A DNA stretch of 64,000 nucleotides from Lama guanicoe. Taxonomy: Eukaryota. Position numbers and translations under genes: made by a program. The notes under the pieces were generated by a model. That model was not told where the DNA came from and searched no databases. It saw only the letters and a program-made list of their open reading frames with translations. The stretch lies in assembly GCA_013239625.1 (NCBI GenBank), contig MU054026.1, forward strand, positions 186,001 through 250,000. The letters are read 5' to 3'. How positions within the stretch are numbered: the stretch's first letter is position 1; every line of letters begins with the position of its first letter. This document shows positions 27,034 through 41,500 of this stretch, piece by piece.

Positions 27034-28088
27034 AGAAGGTGAGGGAGAAAGAGTTCGGGAACAGAAGTGATGCCTGTTACAGAGTAAGTGAATGGCAGAG
27101 AAAGAACCAGTTCTCATAACTTTGAATCCAAGCCTCTTCTTATCTCCCTGGAGAGATCTTTCGCTCTTTGTTGAACAGAAAATGTTTCCATATGCCCTGC
27201 ACAAAGCGTTATTTCTAGACAAGATAAAATGATGGCTGTAAAATGATGAATCTGTCCTGCCGTGGTGTCTACAATTCCTGGCAATAAGAAGACGCTGTGA
27301 AATATCCTGGAGAAACTTTCTCTGGGGACATCAGTCCCACCCCTTCCCTTCCACACCACTTCTTCCTTTTTTGTTACTGCAGAGCATCTTACTGATGCTT
27401 CCATCATAACTTAGTGCGATTCATTAAAATTAGTTGTTTCTGTCTCTCCTTTCGCCCTTACCCCCAGGTAGGTTGAGCTCTGTGAAAGGAAGGACATATG
27501 AATCTTTAAATTCCCAGTGCCTGGCATGGGGTCTCTCTTACAGACAATAATTCCATAAAAGCGTATTTTATGAATTAGTAAATATATGCTCTCACCGGGT
27601 CAAAACACAATGTATTTGAAAACTGTCAGCATCCCAAGGGAATGTTTTAGCTGATTCTACACAAGCCAGAATACATTAGAACTTGCTTGAGATTAAATCG
27701 AGAACAGCTGGTTTTCATGGCAGGATACTTTCATCTGCAAATCAGAATACCCAACTAAAAGTGGGTCAGATTTTAAGGGCATCATTTATGGTTTATTTCC
27801 CAAGAAATTCAAGAGTAAATATTCCCGCAGTATCAGTGAACCAAAGGAGTGACAAGGATACAGAAAAATCCATTTTCTCTTCCGTGAGACATAACTCAAA
27901 TTTTACCTCTTTTTAAACTTCCATGAGACTTCCTCCTGGTACAACTTGTCTGGAATTTGCTTCTGTTTTATTCCTAGAGCTCATCTTCTCAAGTAAAAGT
28001 AGTCACAGGAGAGAATAAGTGTCTTACACATAATTGTATCTATCACTGAGTTATGCTCTGGTCTGCACCTACAGCTTAGTCATTATTT

Positions 28089-28544
28089 TGAGGTGGGAAG
28101 CCCCATGAAAAGACCAGCAGGGCCACTACTTTCCTGCCAGCACCATTCGGCTCCTTGGCCTGGCAGCATTATCTAGCTTTCGTGCTTCTGTGGAACAGCT
28201 TGCTTCTAGGAAAGCGGAACTTACCCCTAAGATTCTATTGGTTCCCTAAGCTCATTCCTGATTGGTCCATTTGTAGCACTTCTGATTGGTCCATTTCTAC
28301 AAAGCTCGTTCCTAATTAGTCAACTTGTGTTACACCTTATTTGCGTATGAAGTTTCAAAGTCCAGATTGGCAGCCTATAAAAGCCTGTGTAAACCTACAG
28401 ACGGGGTCCAGAGCTTGGAGTGTTAATTCTTCTGGGCTTGCCAGTGTAATAAACCTGAGTTCTCCAACCCTCCGAGTGCTACTTAGTCTCTCGCCCGGAT
28501 CCAGGTTGCTGTAACACAGAGCTGTAACATACTTTGCTGCAACA
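28089..28544 (+). mobile_element. Solo ERV LTR (probably ERV1 class)
   Basis: TG...CA termini, repeated ATTGG (CCAAT) boxes, TATAAAA at 28376-28382, AATAAA at 28448-28453, repeated gctgtaaca at the 3' end. Confidence 0.75.
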
Positions 28545-31075
28545 TTTCGAGTAGTTGATTGATTCAAAGTTTTACTCATTTCCTGCCCTCAAAAGATTTC
28601 CACAGAGGAGCAACGCACACTCCCTAGTATGGAGCATAGACTTGAAATGGGGATAGGGTATATATATTCACTTGCTTGCATTGCAAACTAACTCAAACCC
28701 ACTTGCATTTTCTTGGTTCTCTGTTGTGTGACTGCATGAGCCTAGTGAGAATGCATTTCAGGTCAGTCCCTTGGAGTCACGCTTTTCAGCTGCCAGTGTG
28801 GCCACAGTTTTATCTGGATGGAGCTGAAGCCCTGTTGATTTAATCCAGAAATTTATTTCTGACAGACAGCTGGGTAGCATTTGTCACTGGGTTTGGAATC
28901 CAAAGTCAAAGAGATTGAGAGTCAGTGCCATCACTGTTTGGGTGGTAGTGAACCACAAACGTGGTTTATTTCCATCATAAATTGTTATTTGTTGTTTTTA
29001 CAGTGTGCATAAACCCACAGGCTAAACAACAGGAATACTTTGCACATTTCACAAATAAAGACGTGAACACTCTGGAGTGAGGACGACGCTTTGGCATCCA
29101 AGTTTGAGTGTTTTATTCAGAGGGTCTGTTCTCGTTAATCTAGACTTTTTCCTCACTTATATCAATCAGTGGAGCAAAAATTAAATATATGTGCCATCAA
29201 AACTGCCCTCCCTTCCTCTTGGCATATATTTAGTACAGGACAGTGCTCTTGGCCTCACAAATCACAGATTCCCTGACAGCCTCGGCAGGGAAGATATGTG
29301 AGACAATGCATAAAAAATGTGGGGTTAGTGTAGACAGTCTGTCAATGAACAGAAAAGTAATTCCGAGCCCCTGCCTGAATTCAGCTTTCTATAATATTCA
29401 CCAACTGAAGTCAATGTGAAAGTAAAGTCCCCATGTGGAGAAACCAGAGACTCTAACCACATCACCACACCATTTTTCAAACTATTGGCTGTTCCCTATC
29501 CCATCACCATAACCACACATTATTCAGGGTGAAAGCTAACCAAACATACATGTTTTATCTCACCTTGAAGATTAATGAATCTGCATGAATCAAAGGGGGG
29601 GGTGTACTTCATAATTTCTCCATACTCTGTGAGGGTGATGCCCCTATATAGAGTGAAGGAACTGTTATGGCAAATTAATCCTGGAACAATCAATTTGAGA
29701 TTCACTCATGGGGTCATTAATTATTTGTTTGGTACCTGAGGATTTAAAGTAGAATTCGGAAGTATGCACAATACAATACAGTGCATTTATTGGAAAGGGA
29801 ACACAAGTTTGTCTCCAAGTTTCCAAGAGAACTACAATTACAAAGGAAGCAAGCAAGTCACCTCACTTGGCATCTGCAAGATAAAACCCAAGCTAAGTTC
29901 ACAGTAGTTGATTCTTCTAACACTAGGATCAGAGTCCTCATGGGAAACACTCTCAGGTAGTGAATAATACCTTTTTAAAAATACATTCACATGTTTTAAA
30001 AAAAAAAGTACTTTCACATTATAAAATCACCAATGATTTTTTAAAGGGCTCAATTCTTCAAAAATCTCTTAGTAGAGCCATTGACATGGCACCAAAGTTT
30101 AACGTAGCATTTTCTGTGGTGCAGCTGCCAATACTTGCTTAAATAAGTCAGGCGATGCATCAGGAAATTAGCAAGTAACATTTGTTAATCATCTATCAGG
30201 GTAGCCTGCCACCTCATTTGCATTACAGCTTAGAGGTGGGCAGGAAAACAGAAGAGATTTTTCTTGTTAAAAAAAAATACTGTAAAATTAGGGGACAGAT
30301 GGGCTGTTACTTACAGAACTCTGGCTTTTTGTAAAGCTTCCTAAGATCTCTTGGAACCAGAAACTGTACCTTTCCAAGTCCCCTGAAGTAGAAATATAAT
30401 TATTTAGAATCTTTGGCGGGGTGGGGAGAAGAAACTGTTTTCACTCAAATGGCAGTTGTGTCTAAATTTATATAGTCTGGCTATGTCATTGACCAAATCA
30501 CTACATAATTTTGTTTTTTTAATTTCTATCCCCTCTGCCAATACATTTTCTTCTCCCAGGGCATCAGTTACTGCAAGCCATTTTTTTGGAAGGTATTAAG
30601 AGCACTCTTAGCAGTTCAGTAATCTGTAGCCATCAGCCAATGCAATCTGTTATTCCTATAAACCTTCTATGTGTACTAAGTTTCACTGAAATCTATCAAA
30701 TATTCCGGAAGATATGCCTACTTGAGGAGTTTGCTCAGCTTCCATTTTGTCTCAAGATGAATGACCATGTTGAACATAAAAAATAAAGAGAGATCTTGAT
30801 AGCCTATCGTAAGATACACAATGTCAGCAAGATAAGTCAATGTACACCAAACCTAGACTAAAGAAAAAGCTTCAGTAGAGTGGATGAAGAGCAAGTACTC
30901 CAGCAGAATGAAAAACTCCCATGAGCTGCCTAGTGATCGAATGGCACTCCTTTTATTAAAACTCCAGTGAGATTGTGCACCCAAAGCTCGCTGGGTCTAG
31001 GACAACTTTCGTGACTGTGTAAGAGTCCACATTCTCCTTTCTAGGACCCACCCACATTCCCAGACAAAAAAGTCC

Positions 31076-31562
31076 TGTGGTCGAGGGTATTTCCCAAGAG
31101 GGCTGCAGCAAGGTCCCCTGCCTCACGTGTTCTCCTGCAGTGTGATGGTGCCTCTCCCCGACAAGAGGTGGGACAATTCCTCCGCTCGCTTGAATCTGGA
31201 TGGACCCTCTGGCAGCTCTGATTGACAGGACAGGCAAAGTGACACTGTGCCTCTTCCTGGCAGAACCCTTAGCTGGGCTGGCATCTTCCAACTCTTGCCT
31301 CTTGGAGCCCTTGGAAGAAGTCTGTGCTACTCTGATGGATAGGCGCGTGGCGGGGTTCTGAGGATGCAGAAGTACCAGCCACCTTGGGCATCCAATTCAG
31401 CTGAGCCTTCAGATGATCCAGCCCCAGCTGCTCTCTGGGTACAATTGCATAAGACACTCCTAGTGAAAACTTCCCAGCAGAGCCTCGTCGACCCATGCAA
31501 CCATGATGGAAAGTAACAAATTGTTTTTTAAGCCACTGAGTTTGGGGGTGATTTGGAACAAG
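31076..31562 (+). mobile_element. MaLR LTR (MLT1-type)
   Basis: tgtgg start; cttgaatctgg...gagccttcagatga...cagccccagc...ttgttttttaagccactgagtttggggg. Confidence 0.8.
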
Positions 31563-31675
31563 CCAAATTTCTAGCTCTATCCATGTCTCATTCCTGTTCC
31601 AGCTGCTTAGAATTATATTCTTCTCTATTTCTGCCTTTTAAATTCTCTCTCATTCATCAAGAGTTAAGTCACTCA

Positions 31676-32081
31676 ATGTGATCCTAAGGGAACTAAGCCA
31701 GAATAAAAAGAAAAATACCATATGATATCACTTATATATGGAATCTTAAAAAAAAAAAGACAAATTTATTTACAAAACAGAAGCAGACTCACAAACATAG
31801 AAAAACAAACTTATGGTTACCAGGGGGGAAAGGGGTGGAAAGGAATAAATTGGGAGTCCAAGATTTGCAGATACTAATTACTATATAAAAAAATAGATAA
31901 ACAAGTTCATACTGTATAGCACAGAGAACCTTATTCAATATCTTGTAGTAACTTGTGGTGGAAAAAAATATGAAAGCAAATACATGTATATTCCTGTGTG
32001 ACTGAAGCATTGTGTTGTACACCAGAAATTGACACAACATTGTAAACTGATTATGCTTCAATAAAAATATATATTAAAAAA
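31676..32081 (+). mobile_element. Young L1 3' end with canonical 3'UTR and TSD
   Basis: aaataccatatgatatcacttatatatggaatct...ttacaaaacagaagcagactcac...aataaaa; TSD aagagttaagtcactca (31659-31675) / aagagttaactaactca (32082-32098). Confidence 0.9.
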
Positions 32082-32217
32082 AAGAGTTAACTAACTCACT
32101 CCATCTAGCCAGGACTAACTGTCTGTCTCCTTTTTAGGCCCATAATAATTTGTCCCTACCGCCGTTCTATGAGTTTCCACTATCAGAGAATATAGAACAC
32201 AGACCATACATTCATGG

Positions 32218-32800
32218 CTTCATTTATTCCAAAATATTTACTGACTGCCTCCTATGTTCCAAGTCAACATGAATACAGTAAACTGCCAGACCTCAAAGAA
32301 ATTATGGACTAGTGGGAGTGGCAAGTACAGACAAGATGGAGATTGGTGACTAGGTACACACGATGCTTTGCAGAAACACTGAGAAGGGATGGCAGGAAAG
32401 AAAGAAGCTGGGAGAGGCTTCAGAGAAGAAGTGAGTCCACCTCAGAAAGATAAGACAGAATGTTTCCTATAAAAGGAACCACATGCACAAGCAAATTTCC
32501 CAGAGGCAAGAGGCAGCATGGGGCTTCTAGGAAATTTCTTTATGACCCAGGCATAAACCCAGAATTCCTGAGTGGTTAGAAGACTGAAGAGGAAGGGCAT
32601 GGATTGTGGGATTTTGCCCTCACAGAGACACTAGAGAGAACCTCTAGCATTGTAAGGAGAGGTCTATGGTCAGGTTAAGAACAGTAATTTATTGTCCTGG
32701 CATATACATGGAGGGTGGAGATGAGGAGGAGAGGAGATAGAGTTCATAGAGATATCTATGGGGGTAGTCAGAGATGGCAAAAGCTTTCCCGAGAGCAATG
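32218..32800 (-). mobile_element. Degraded L2
   Basis: catttattccaaaatatttactgactgcctcctatgttcca start followed by a purine-rich L2-like body. Confidence 0.55.
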
Positions 32801-35800
32801 GCCATGGTGATGGCAAAGAGAAGCAATCAAACCTTGATATTCCATGCATTTATAAGAGGAAAAGCTAAAACCTCAGAAAGGTAAGAGCCTTTCTCCATAC
32901 TCTGACAACAAATAAGGGCAAAATTGGGCATAAAATTTAGGTTAACTGATTCTTCACTTTCTCCACTCTATTAAAATGGTATTTCCAACTTCCTAGATTA
33001 TTCAGTAAAAAAGTGATCAAGTATTATTTATCTTTCTGTCTCTTCTAATATGTAGTGCAGATCCTTTCAAATAGTGAGTGCCAGAAAGTAGTTGCTGACT
33101 TTATTTGATGTTTAGCTCACATTCTGATAGCTCTGGTCTAGTAATGTATACCACATTACTGTTATTAATATTCTTTCCAAAACTTTTTGTGAATGGGTAG
33201 CAATTTTAAAAGACATGATTCTGATCTGAAGAGTGGACATTTTGGTAGCAACAGTGTGTCATGGTATTTTTAAGAAAAGTATTTACTCACGCACACTTCC
33301 CTCATCTGTAAACACGAATCCTCTTCCTTTGCTAAGGACCAGCTTGGCACCAACTTCAGAGGGGTCTCCCCAGTCCTCTGAGCTCACAGCCATCTGTGAG
33401 CCATCATGTCTTCTCAAGCCCCCATGACATCAAATGTCTAGGGCACTTGAGAACTTTATTCATTCTTTCTCATGTTTTTCTGTGATGGTTTCATAAATGT
33501 TAATCTTGTTTCCTTAATGAAATGGTATCATTGCAGTAAGGGCAGTGAACATACTTCCTGTCCCCTTTCCTTTCACACAGCAAGAACACACACACAAGAA
33601 AAAGAAACAGAAATACTGGACCAGGCAGTTTGTAAAAGAGCTTTGAGTTTACCCTTGCCTTCCATGTAGTTGTAAGCAAAGACACATAAAATAATTACAG
33701 AGTAACAGTTAAAGGAAACAGGCTTGATGACAAAGTGGGAGAAAGTGTTGAACAAATTAGTATCATTTTTTATTGTATTTATATTCTAATTAACTACATG
33801 ATAATAATAATGTCTTACGTTCACAAGGTGGCATATGGTTTGCAAAGTCCTTTCATAGCCATTATCTCATTTACTTTAGAAAAAGATGTACCAAGGAACA
33901 CAGAGTAATTGAAAAACATTGGAGCTGTATATCAAGGAATGAATTGCCAACTTCATTCTAATCAGTCAAGGATGGCTATAGAAGTAATTGTGCGCTAAAA
34001 TGAAGTTTTGTGGAATGAAAATTGTACCATTAGACTTTGTCTTTGTCGTCTATGAGATCTATAAAGAGCGATGTCTCTCCAAGGGAATAAGCAGGGTCGT
34101 GAAGATGTTGCAAGATCATTGCAAACCTGACATGGAATTCTGAAAGTAAAATGAAGACGATAAATGATTTTCTCCACCATCGTGACTCCGTATCTAGGAG
34201 AAAATGATTGTATCCTTTTCAACAAATAATTAAATTTGATTCCTTAGAAAGAGAATGTTATTGAACATGGAAGAGTCAGCCAGCTCCAATGTCTTTCTCC
34301 TTACACACTCCTCCGTGGCGACTAATGAAATGGGCCAATGGTTATTTTTCCCTTTGGGGGGCCTTCTCTGTATAGAATTGGGAGCTCACCTAGCTACCCT
34401 CTGGGGATGGCCAACAACAAATCAGGCAGAGGAGGCAGAGGACTGGATGGATCACAGAGATATGTCACAGGTCTTTGATTATAACAATATTTTTAAATAA
34501 TAGATCATGTTATAGCTCCTTGGGCCCCTTTGCTACCTCAAAAACAAGGATTGCTTTCTGTGCTCAGAGTCCAATAAAATTCAGAAGGTATATTTCCAGT
34601 ACATGAAATATAATCTAGTACATTTTCCCATGTTTTTTAATTCCATTTTTATGAGCCTCTGTGGTTGAGGGAATGATGGTTAAAGGAAAAGGGAGTTCTG
34701 GGTGCTTTAACTTGCAGGTTGATATATTCTTATAGCATTTTAGAGTTGGAATGGGCCTTAGGAATCAACTTGTCGAATTACTCTCATTTCCCAAAAATAT
34801 TGAGGTCTAGAGCAGTACTTCCCATCTGTGTATATGCCATGACATCATAGAAAGTCAACCCATTTTTATGGCATGATGGGCTAATCTATCGAAGTTGCTC
34901 AGGGCTAAAGGTGACTATCTAGGGTCAGTGGCTGCCCTCAGCCCTGCTTGTCCAACAGGAAGGCTATGGTGATAAATATCTTGGCACATCTATAACCCTT
35001 AACACAGTACTTTGATGTTGCCAAAGGCACATCAAGGGGAACGCTGGTGTAGAGTTCACACAAACAGAAGATTTATAGGAGTACATCTGAATTTCTGACC
35101 CCCTGGAAGGTACTTATATTGTCTTGGCCAACTGGTCGAGGACACTGGTTGGAAATAGGATTGTCCAGAATTGGGTTTGTGGGGTGCAAATGGTGGTTGC
35201 CTAAGAGATTTCTAGTTGTCATATACATACCTACTGAGTGTCTCTACTTTTCAGATCCTTCCAAGATCTCTGGTATTCAAAAATGGCACATATTTAAATG
35301 TGCTCTATCCTACCCTCCCTGACCCATCCACTAATTTTCATGATAACTGAAGAGAACTATGATTTTTACAATAGAAAAAAATACAGCGTGAACACCAACT
35401 CCCAATTCTATACACTCACAAGCCCTCACAAATATATCAAAGCACTCATAAAAGTCTACCCTGAAATAATTAAAATCCTATGAGGCTGCAAGAGTCTTAC
35501 TTATTATAACTTTTTAAAAATTTTATCTCACAATACCGTTTTCTCTGGCACTTAGACCAAGGTGCTTGCTGAGTCCCTCGGTGGTTGGATCTCAGCCTCA
35601 GTAGCCTTCCCCATCTAGATTCAGAAAACCTGAAAGGTACCTAAAGTGCTTGTTAACTTTGTGCTCCATCATATTAAAACTTATGTGAATCCTGCTTCAT
35701 TTTTATGTGGTACTTGTGACAGTGCCAAAATCAGAAACACCAAGGCAACTGAGCAGGGCTGTTACTAACATTCTGTTCATTAGCCTTTCTTCTCCACCAT

Positions 35801-38800
35801 GACTGGTTCCACATTGAGTTCTTTTCTGAGCTCAGAGAGAGAGAATATGCCTGCTTATGAAATATTTTCTTCTGGGCTGCACACTTGAGAGTGTAACAAG
35901 ATCTTTCTCTTTCCATTAAAAATTATTACTTTAGTAAATTCTGGGTTGAAAACAAATGACTACAGATTGATTTCTTTTAAACATTTGGAAACCTTATTTT
36001 TTTAAACAACTCCACATCCCTTGCATAGAGAAATCCACGACTATTTATTCACTTGACTACTTTTTAATCTCAGTTTTTATGAGGACACTAATGACCCTCA
36101 CAGATTGCTACCCTCCAGTGAAATAACAGAGCTTTGGCAGCGGCTGGATTCCAGTTGAAGAGTTCTGAAACTCACTGTAAATCTTCCTGTTTTGCTGTTC
36201 TTCAAATCCAGCTTTGCCATCTGCCTTATGAATTGAATTTTTGTTGCAGTATTTCACATGATCTAAAATATGGTTATTGCCATCCATAAACTGAGGTTCC
36301 TGGAGAGTATTAATTAAGTCCAAAATATTGCACCAACGTGCACAGTGAAATACAACACAAATGTCATGGTGTGACCATCATTATCACCCTCTCTGCCTTC
36401 CATGATGACGATTCTCACAAAACCCAGAGACAACTGGGTTTGCAGCAGCCAACGAAGTTAAACCTGAGGACTTAAATTCAGGTGGATGAGATAGATTGAA
36501 ACAGATCTTATTGCTCCCAAACAGTCTCTTGGAAATAATGGCATCTTGACATTTTATCAGTCACTCAAGCGGTCATTCTCAGCAGTACCAGCCGGAGCTT
36601 GAAGGATAGAGCCGTAAAGGACTGTCAGCCATAAACATTCCTCAAAACCATGAAAACCACAAATGAGGGCTTAAGTAATGGAGGACGCAATACCCTTGAT
36701 ATTTCAACAATTACCTGCAACAACAGGCTTTGTTCAGAACTGTGGTCATTTTTTCCAAAAGCGTTACTTGTCAGACCCAGACTGGGGCAAAGAGAGAGAG
36801 AAAAGAAGAAGAGGGAGGAAGGGAGGGGTGGATCTGATGCCCTTAGGTTAAAAAATGAACTTGAGTTGGCTGCATACTTAACGCTGATGGGGATTGTTCC
36901 ACAGCAATGAAATAAAAATTAAAAAAAAAAACAGCACTAAAGATGGATTTGAGGATGTTAATATCATTAAGCATGTAGGGAAGCTTTGAGATCATTACAG
37001 GGACATTTACACTGCTCAGCTGTTTCCTGTGTGGCCGTTCCTGATGTCAAATTACAGGGGAGAAAAATAGCAAGGAATGTATTGCAGGGAGGAGAGGGTA
37101 GTAATGGATAAGAGTGTTAAGTGTGGGAAGGCAAAATGAATCTAACTTCATTACACCACAGGAACAGACTGCTGTGTTCTGGAAGGAGATAGACTAATTT
37201 TAAATAAACTTGGTGCCATTATCTGGGCAATTGGGACCCAAGAAAACTAAATGAAATTGAGTGTACACCCCAACCAAGTCACCCAAACTCAAAAGACAGC
37301 AAACGTGGAAAGGTTCAGTGCCCTAAAAATTGCATCTGTGGAGTTTCTCAACACAGGAGATTAATGGTTACTCAAAGCAATGGATAAATATTAGCTGAAG
37401 ACCATTAGCCGAGGAAAACACCTCAGTGCCTCACGGTTCTCGGGGCTTATCAGATCAATTTTAAATAGGTTTATCTTGGACTTTTCTAACATTTAATGAG
37501 GAACAAATTGTTTTTCTTTTTTTTTTTTTCTGTTTCCTCTACCCATGTTGACTTTCTGATATTACCTAAGAGAGGACAATGAAAATACATGGGTCTGTGA
37601 CAAAAAGTTAATTTGCTTGTCTCTGCAGCAAATGGAAAGGGTCATTTTATGATTGTTTCCTCCTATTACACAGTTTATCAGAAGTATTTAGATTGACTAG
37701 TAGACGCTTTAGATGAGAATAGAGATTGAATGGTCATCTGGCTTTTTCTGCAGCCTTCACGTGACACCCACCTGAGCAATCTCAGATTGGCATAAATCTC
37801 CCTTCTTCCTAATAGCTCTCAATCTATGTCAATCCGAGTGAAACTGTGGGTCAATTCTCTTTATATTTAACAACAGGTGAAAACAAATACAAAGTATACA
37901 TTATTGTCTATCTGGTGCCCATCATTGTGCTAGGAGTGGTGGGAAATTCAAAACAACAAATGAAGCCCAAGTCCTTATCCTCAAGAAGCTTAGCACCTGT
38001 GAGTCGAATTCACTCATGTGGTATATGCCCATTTCTTCTATCTCTAGAAAAAAATGGGGAAAAGAGACTGTGTTTTATTTATAGTTTTTTTTATTGTAGG
38101 CAGAGAATACTGAAGTCCAAAGCTTCCTAATTAGGTGTTAACAAACACTGGGAGGAAACTGGGGAGTAATATCTGAAGACTGGGGAGATCCAATACCAGC
38201 CTTGTGGCTTGTGGTTCTACCTCAGTCCACCCTTCTTTATCGCTGTCTTAGCTCCAATGCACCATCCCGTATTGCTGCTAACTATATGGCCTGCTTGACC
38301 ATTCTTGAAATCACAAGACTTTGAGATGTAAATTTCTCTCTTAAAATTTACTTTTTTTTTTTTGAGCTTCCTTTTTCTATGGTTACATCCTGAAATTCAG
38401 CTATCAGGGCTCTGCAATACTCATCTAAATCTTTTGATAGCTAGCCAGAAAAGCAGTACAAATATTCAATCAAATGCTCCAATTTTGAAAGTCGCAAGTG
38501 ACGTTTCTGCTTCCTTCAATGAACCGTGCATTTTGTCTTCATTAAAAGAATTGCTTTTATTTATTCTGTGTCGGTGGCTCATAATAAGGCATCAACAGAG
38601 TAGAGCTTATATGCTGTGGCTCGGCCGACCTGTAAAACGGCGTCTCGTGACCCGAGAATTTCCCTTTGTAAACAGTACAGCGTGTAATAATAGCCTGGCC
38701 CCACCTACACAGGAGGCTACAGTGTCACAACAAATAAAATAGCATGGCAGAAGATGGTGTACAATTTTCATAGACTGAGGACTACCCACAGATTTGAATC

Positions 38801-39089
38801 TGAGTACATTTGTGGTCTGAAAACACAGGTCAAGAGTAAAGGAAGCTTTGAGAAGATTGTTTCATAACAGAACAAAAGACAAGTCTCTTCCAGGGGTCAG
38901 AAAAGAGAAAAGAAATGTGTCCCTTCTGATACCAAATAAACAGAATATTAAGAGTCTTAGCAACAGTGACATTCTTGTTTATGGTGGAGGCTCCACATGG
39001 GGAAATCCAGTTGGAGTAAAAGGTACTGAAATTAAGAACATTTTACTCTCTGTTTCTCCTTCACTTGCTCAGTCTCTCTCTCTGTCTCA

Positions 39090-39128
<39 letters not shown>
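39090..39128. repeat. (CA)n microsatellite
   Basis: Directly visible. Confidence 0.95.
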
Positions 39129-39130
<2 letters not shown>

Positions 39131-41299
39131 CTATCTATATCTTTTGGGGGGTTTACAATAAGTTTGCATAATTTTGTATCTCAAAAAATTAAAGAGAGTG
39201 TAAAAGTCTCAGTTTCATACACAGCTTGCTTTCAGTAAATATATTTTAACTCTATTTTTCAAAAGGAAGAGTGTCCAGTATCTACTCTACCCTGTACCCT
39301 TTCAATTCGAACACAAATCCCTTATTTTATGCTCATAACAAAAAAAAACAAAACAAAACAAAAAAGCAGCAAACAACAACAACAAAAATCTATGAAAAAC
39401 AATGGGTGCCCTAAAAATTGCTCCAAACCCAGAGTGTTCACCTACCTGTCCCTGCCAGCCAGATCATCCATTTGCATTTCCCTGTTTAGCTTATTTTGGA
39501 ATTCTCAACTCCATACCCAGACTTCAAAACTTGCCTTGGTCCACTTTGGTTCAGATGACCCTCTAGCATCCCAGTCTGGATCTTCAAATTTCCACATTTC
39601 CTACTGTTTTGGTTTTGCTCGAATCTCTTGATTATCTAGGGCAGAACTCCGTGCTGTTGTTCCCAGCTCTGGGGAAACGCATGACCAAAAGATCTAGCTC
39701 CTGAAATTTTCTCCTTCACCCAGCGGAGTGTAAATCAAGTTAGCCAAGGAGTAAATTAGATAGTCAAAATAATCATAATTATTGTTACTATTTTCATTAT
39801 TTTAAATTAAAATCTAAAGGGTAAATCAGTTAGTAGGAAAGATGACAAAAGAAGGAAAGGAATCCAACAAAAGAGGCAGAAAGCAAGCAAAGAGTGTTTT
39901 AGGGCAGAAAGGAGGAATTAAGCTATTACCTGTCATCCTCACCCAGACACCAAGGACACTATTGGATATGGCTTCCAGGTAATCTGTATTTCTGAGCCCA
40001 CCTGAGTAACAGGTGAGGTGGTGGGAACTTCTTGTTTCTCTTTTCTATTTTCTTCCCTCACTTCATGTTTATACCTAATTCTCTTTTGTGTCCATTTATT
40101 CAAACAAACAAGTATGAATAAACCAACCCCTAAATTTTATATAGGAATAGCAAAGAAGGAGAAAAATTCTATTCTTATGCTTAAGGAAATTTGCCTCTAA
40201 AGGGGGAGATATGATTTACATTTGTATTAATAAGTAACTGAAAAAAGAAATCTCTGCTTTGCCTTGAAGAGTCCGATAATGATGAAGTTTTGAGGAGCGT
40301 TTGGTTATGCAAAGAAAGGCCAAGACCCAAATTTGGAGATAAGGCCGAAAGAGAGCTGAATTTCTTTGCATAAGAAAATGGGGAGGAAATACTGGATCTT
40401 CTTGGGATCAGAGTAGGGAAGGAAGGAGGCGGGAGAAGAAAGAGAATGACTCAGCAACTTAGAAACGTGTGAGAAGGAATTTTGTTGAGAAACAGGCTTA
40501 GTACTGGATTATAAGATTTTGTTTTGCTAGGGCACAGACTCCATTTTTCTCCCCAAACTTTCAGTAAAGTCTGAAAAGTGCAAAAAAACAAATTTAAAAA
40601 AAACTGATATTTTTGTGGAAATCGGAGCAATAGGCTAAGACGCATGCATGGGTAGAGGCCACAGTGGAAATAAACAGAGAAAACACGAGATGGAAAATCT
40701 GGAATTCAGAGGAGACAAGAAATTAGAGCCGGATGTGAACCTTACTAACATAGCCCACTCTTGAAGTCTTGAAAATCTTGGGGAAGACAATAGACTTTAC
40801 ACAGAACAAGGGTAACCTGGATTTCAAGAAGGGAATCAAAGCTGACATCTGAGTTCTCCATATAACTAGTCACATGATGTAACAAGTATGTCAAGTGTGT
40901 AATACACACAAAAAAAATACTAGAGAGAATGAAGAAGTCAAAGCAGGCAGAGGGTCAGGAAAATATTCTAAAGAAGATAGAGTTCAAAGCATGACCGTCA
41001 CCCTAATCTCACTAGCTAATGTGACATATGTCTACTTTATTATAATGTTAGTGCAACGTCATTTGGAAGCCACGTCTTGGCCTCAAAAGTTGTAAAGTCA
41101 CCCTAGGGACTAGACTTATGTAATCCACAACCAAAACACAGGAGAAAACATAATTTCATCCAAGGGTCTCCCAGGAGAGTTCTAGTGTTCTTTGATCTCT
41201 TCCGCCCATGATCTAACGTTAGTGGTGAATTCCTCACACAGGAAAGGGGCTGTGAAATCTTACCACCTTGCCTGCTTCTTACCTGGGAAGAGGGAGTAG

Positions 41300-41500
41300 C
41301 ATAGCTGACAGACGTCTTTGAATCTCACTGATGAGCGGTGTGATCCTAAGAAAGTCACTTGACTTTTCTGAACCCCCATATTACCATCTGTAGAGTGGGG
41401 ATGAGAGCAATGACATCACGGTATCATTAAGAGACTTACATGAGACCTTATAAGTAAAACCCTTAGTACCTGACAGACAGCAAATAATCAGTGAAGCCCT
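41300..41500 (+). mobile_element. MIR SINE
   Basis: tgtgatcctaagaaagtcacttgacttttctgaacccc...catctgtagagtgggga. Confidence 0.65.
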
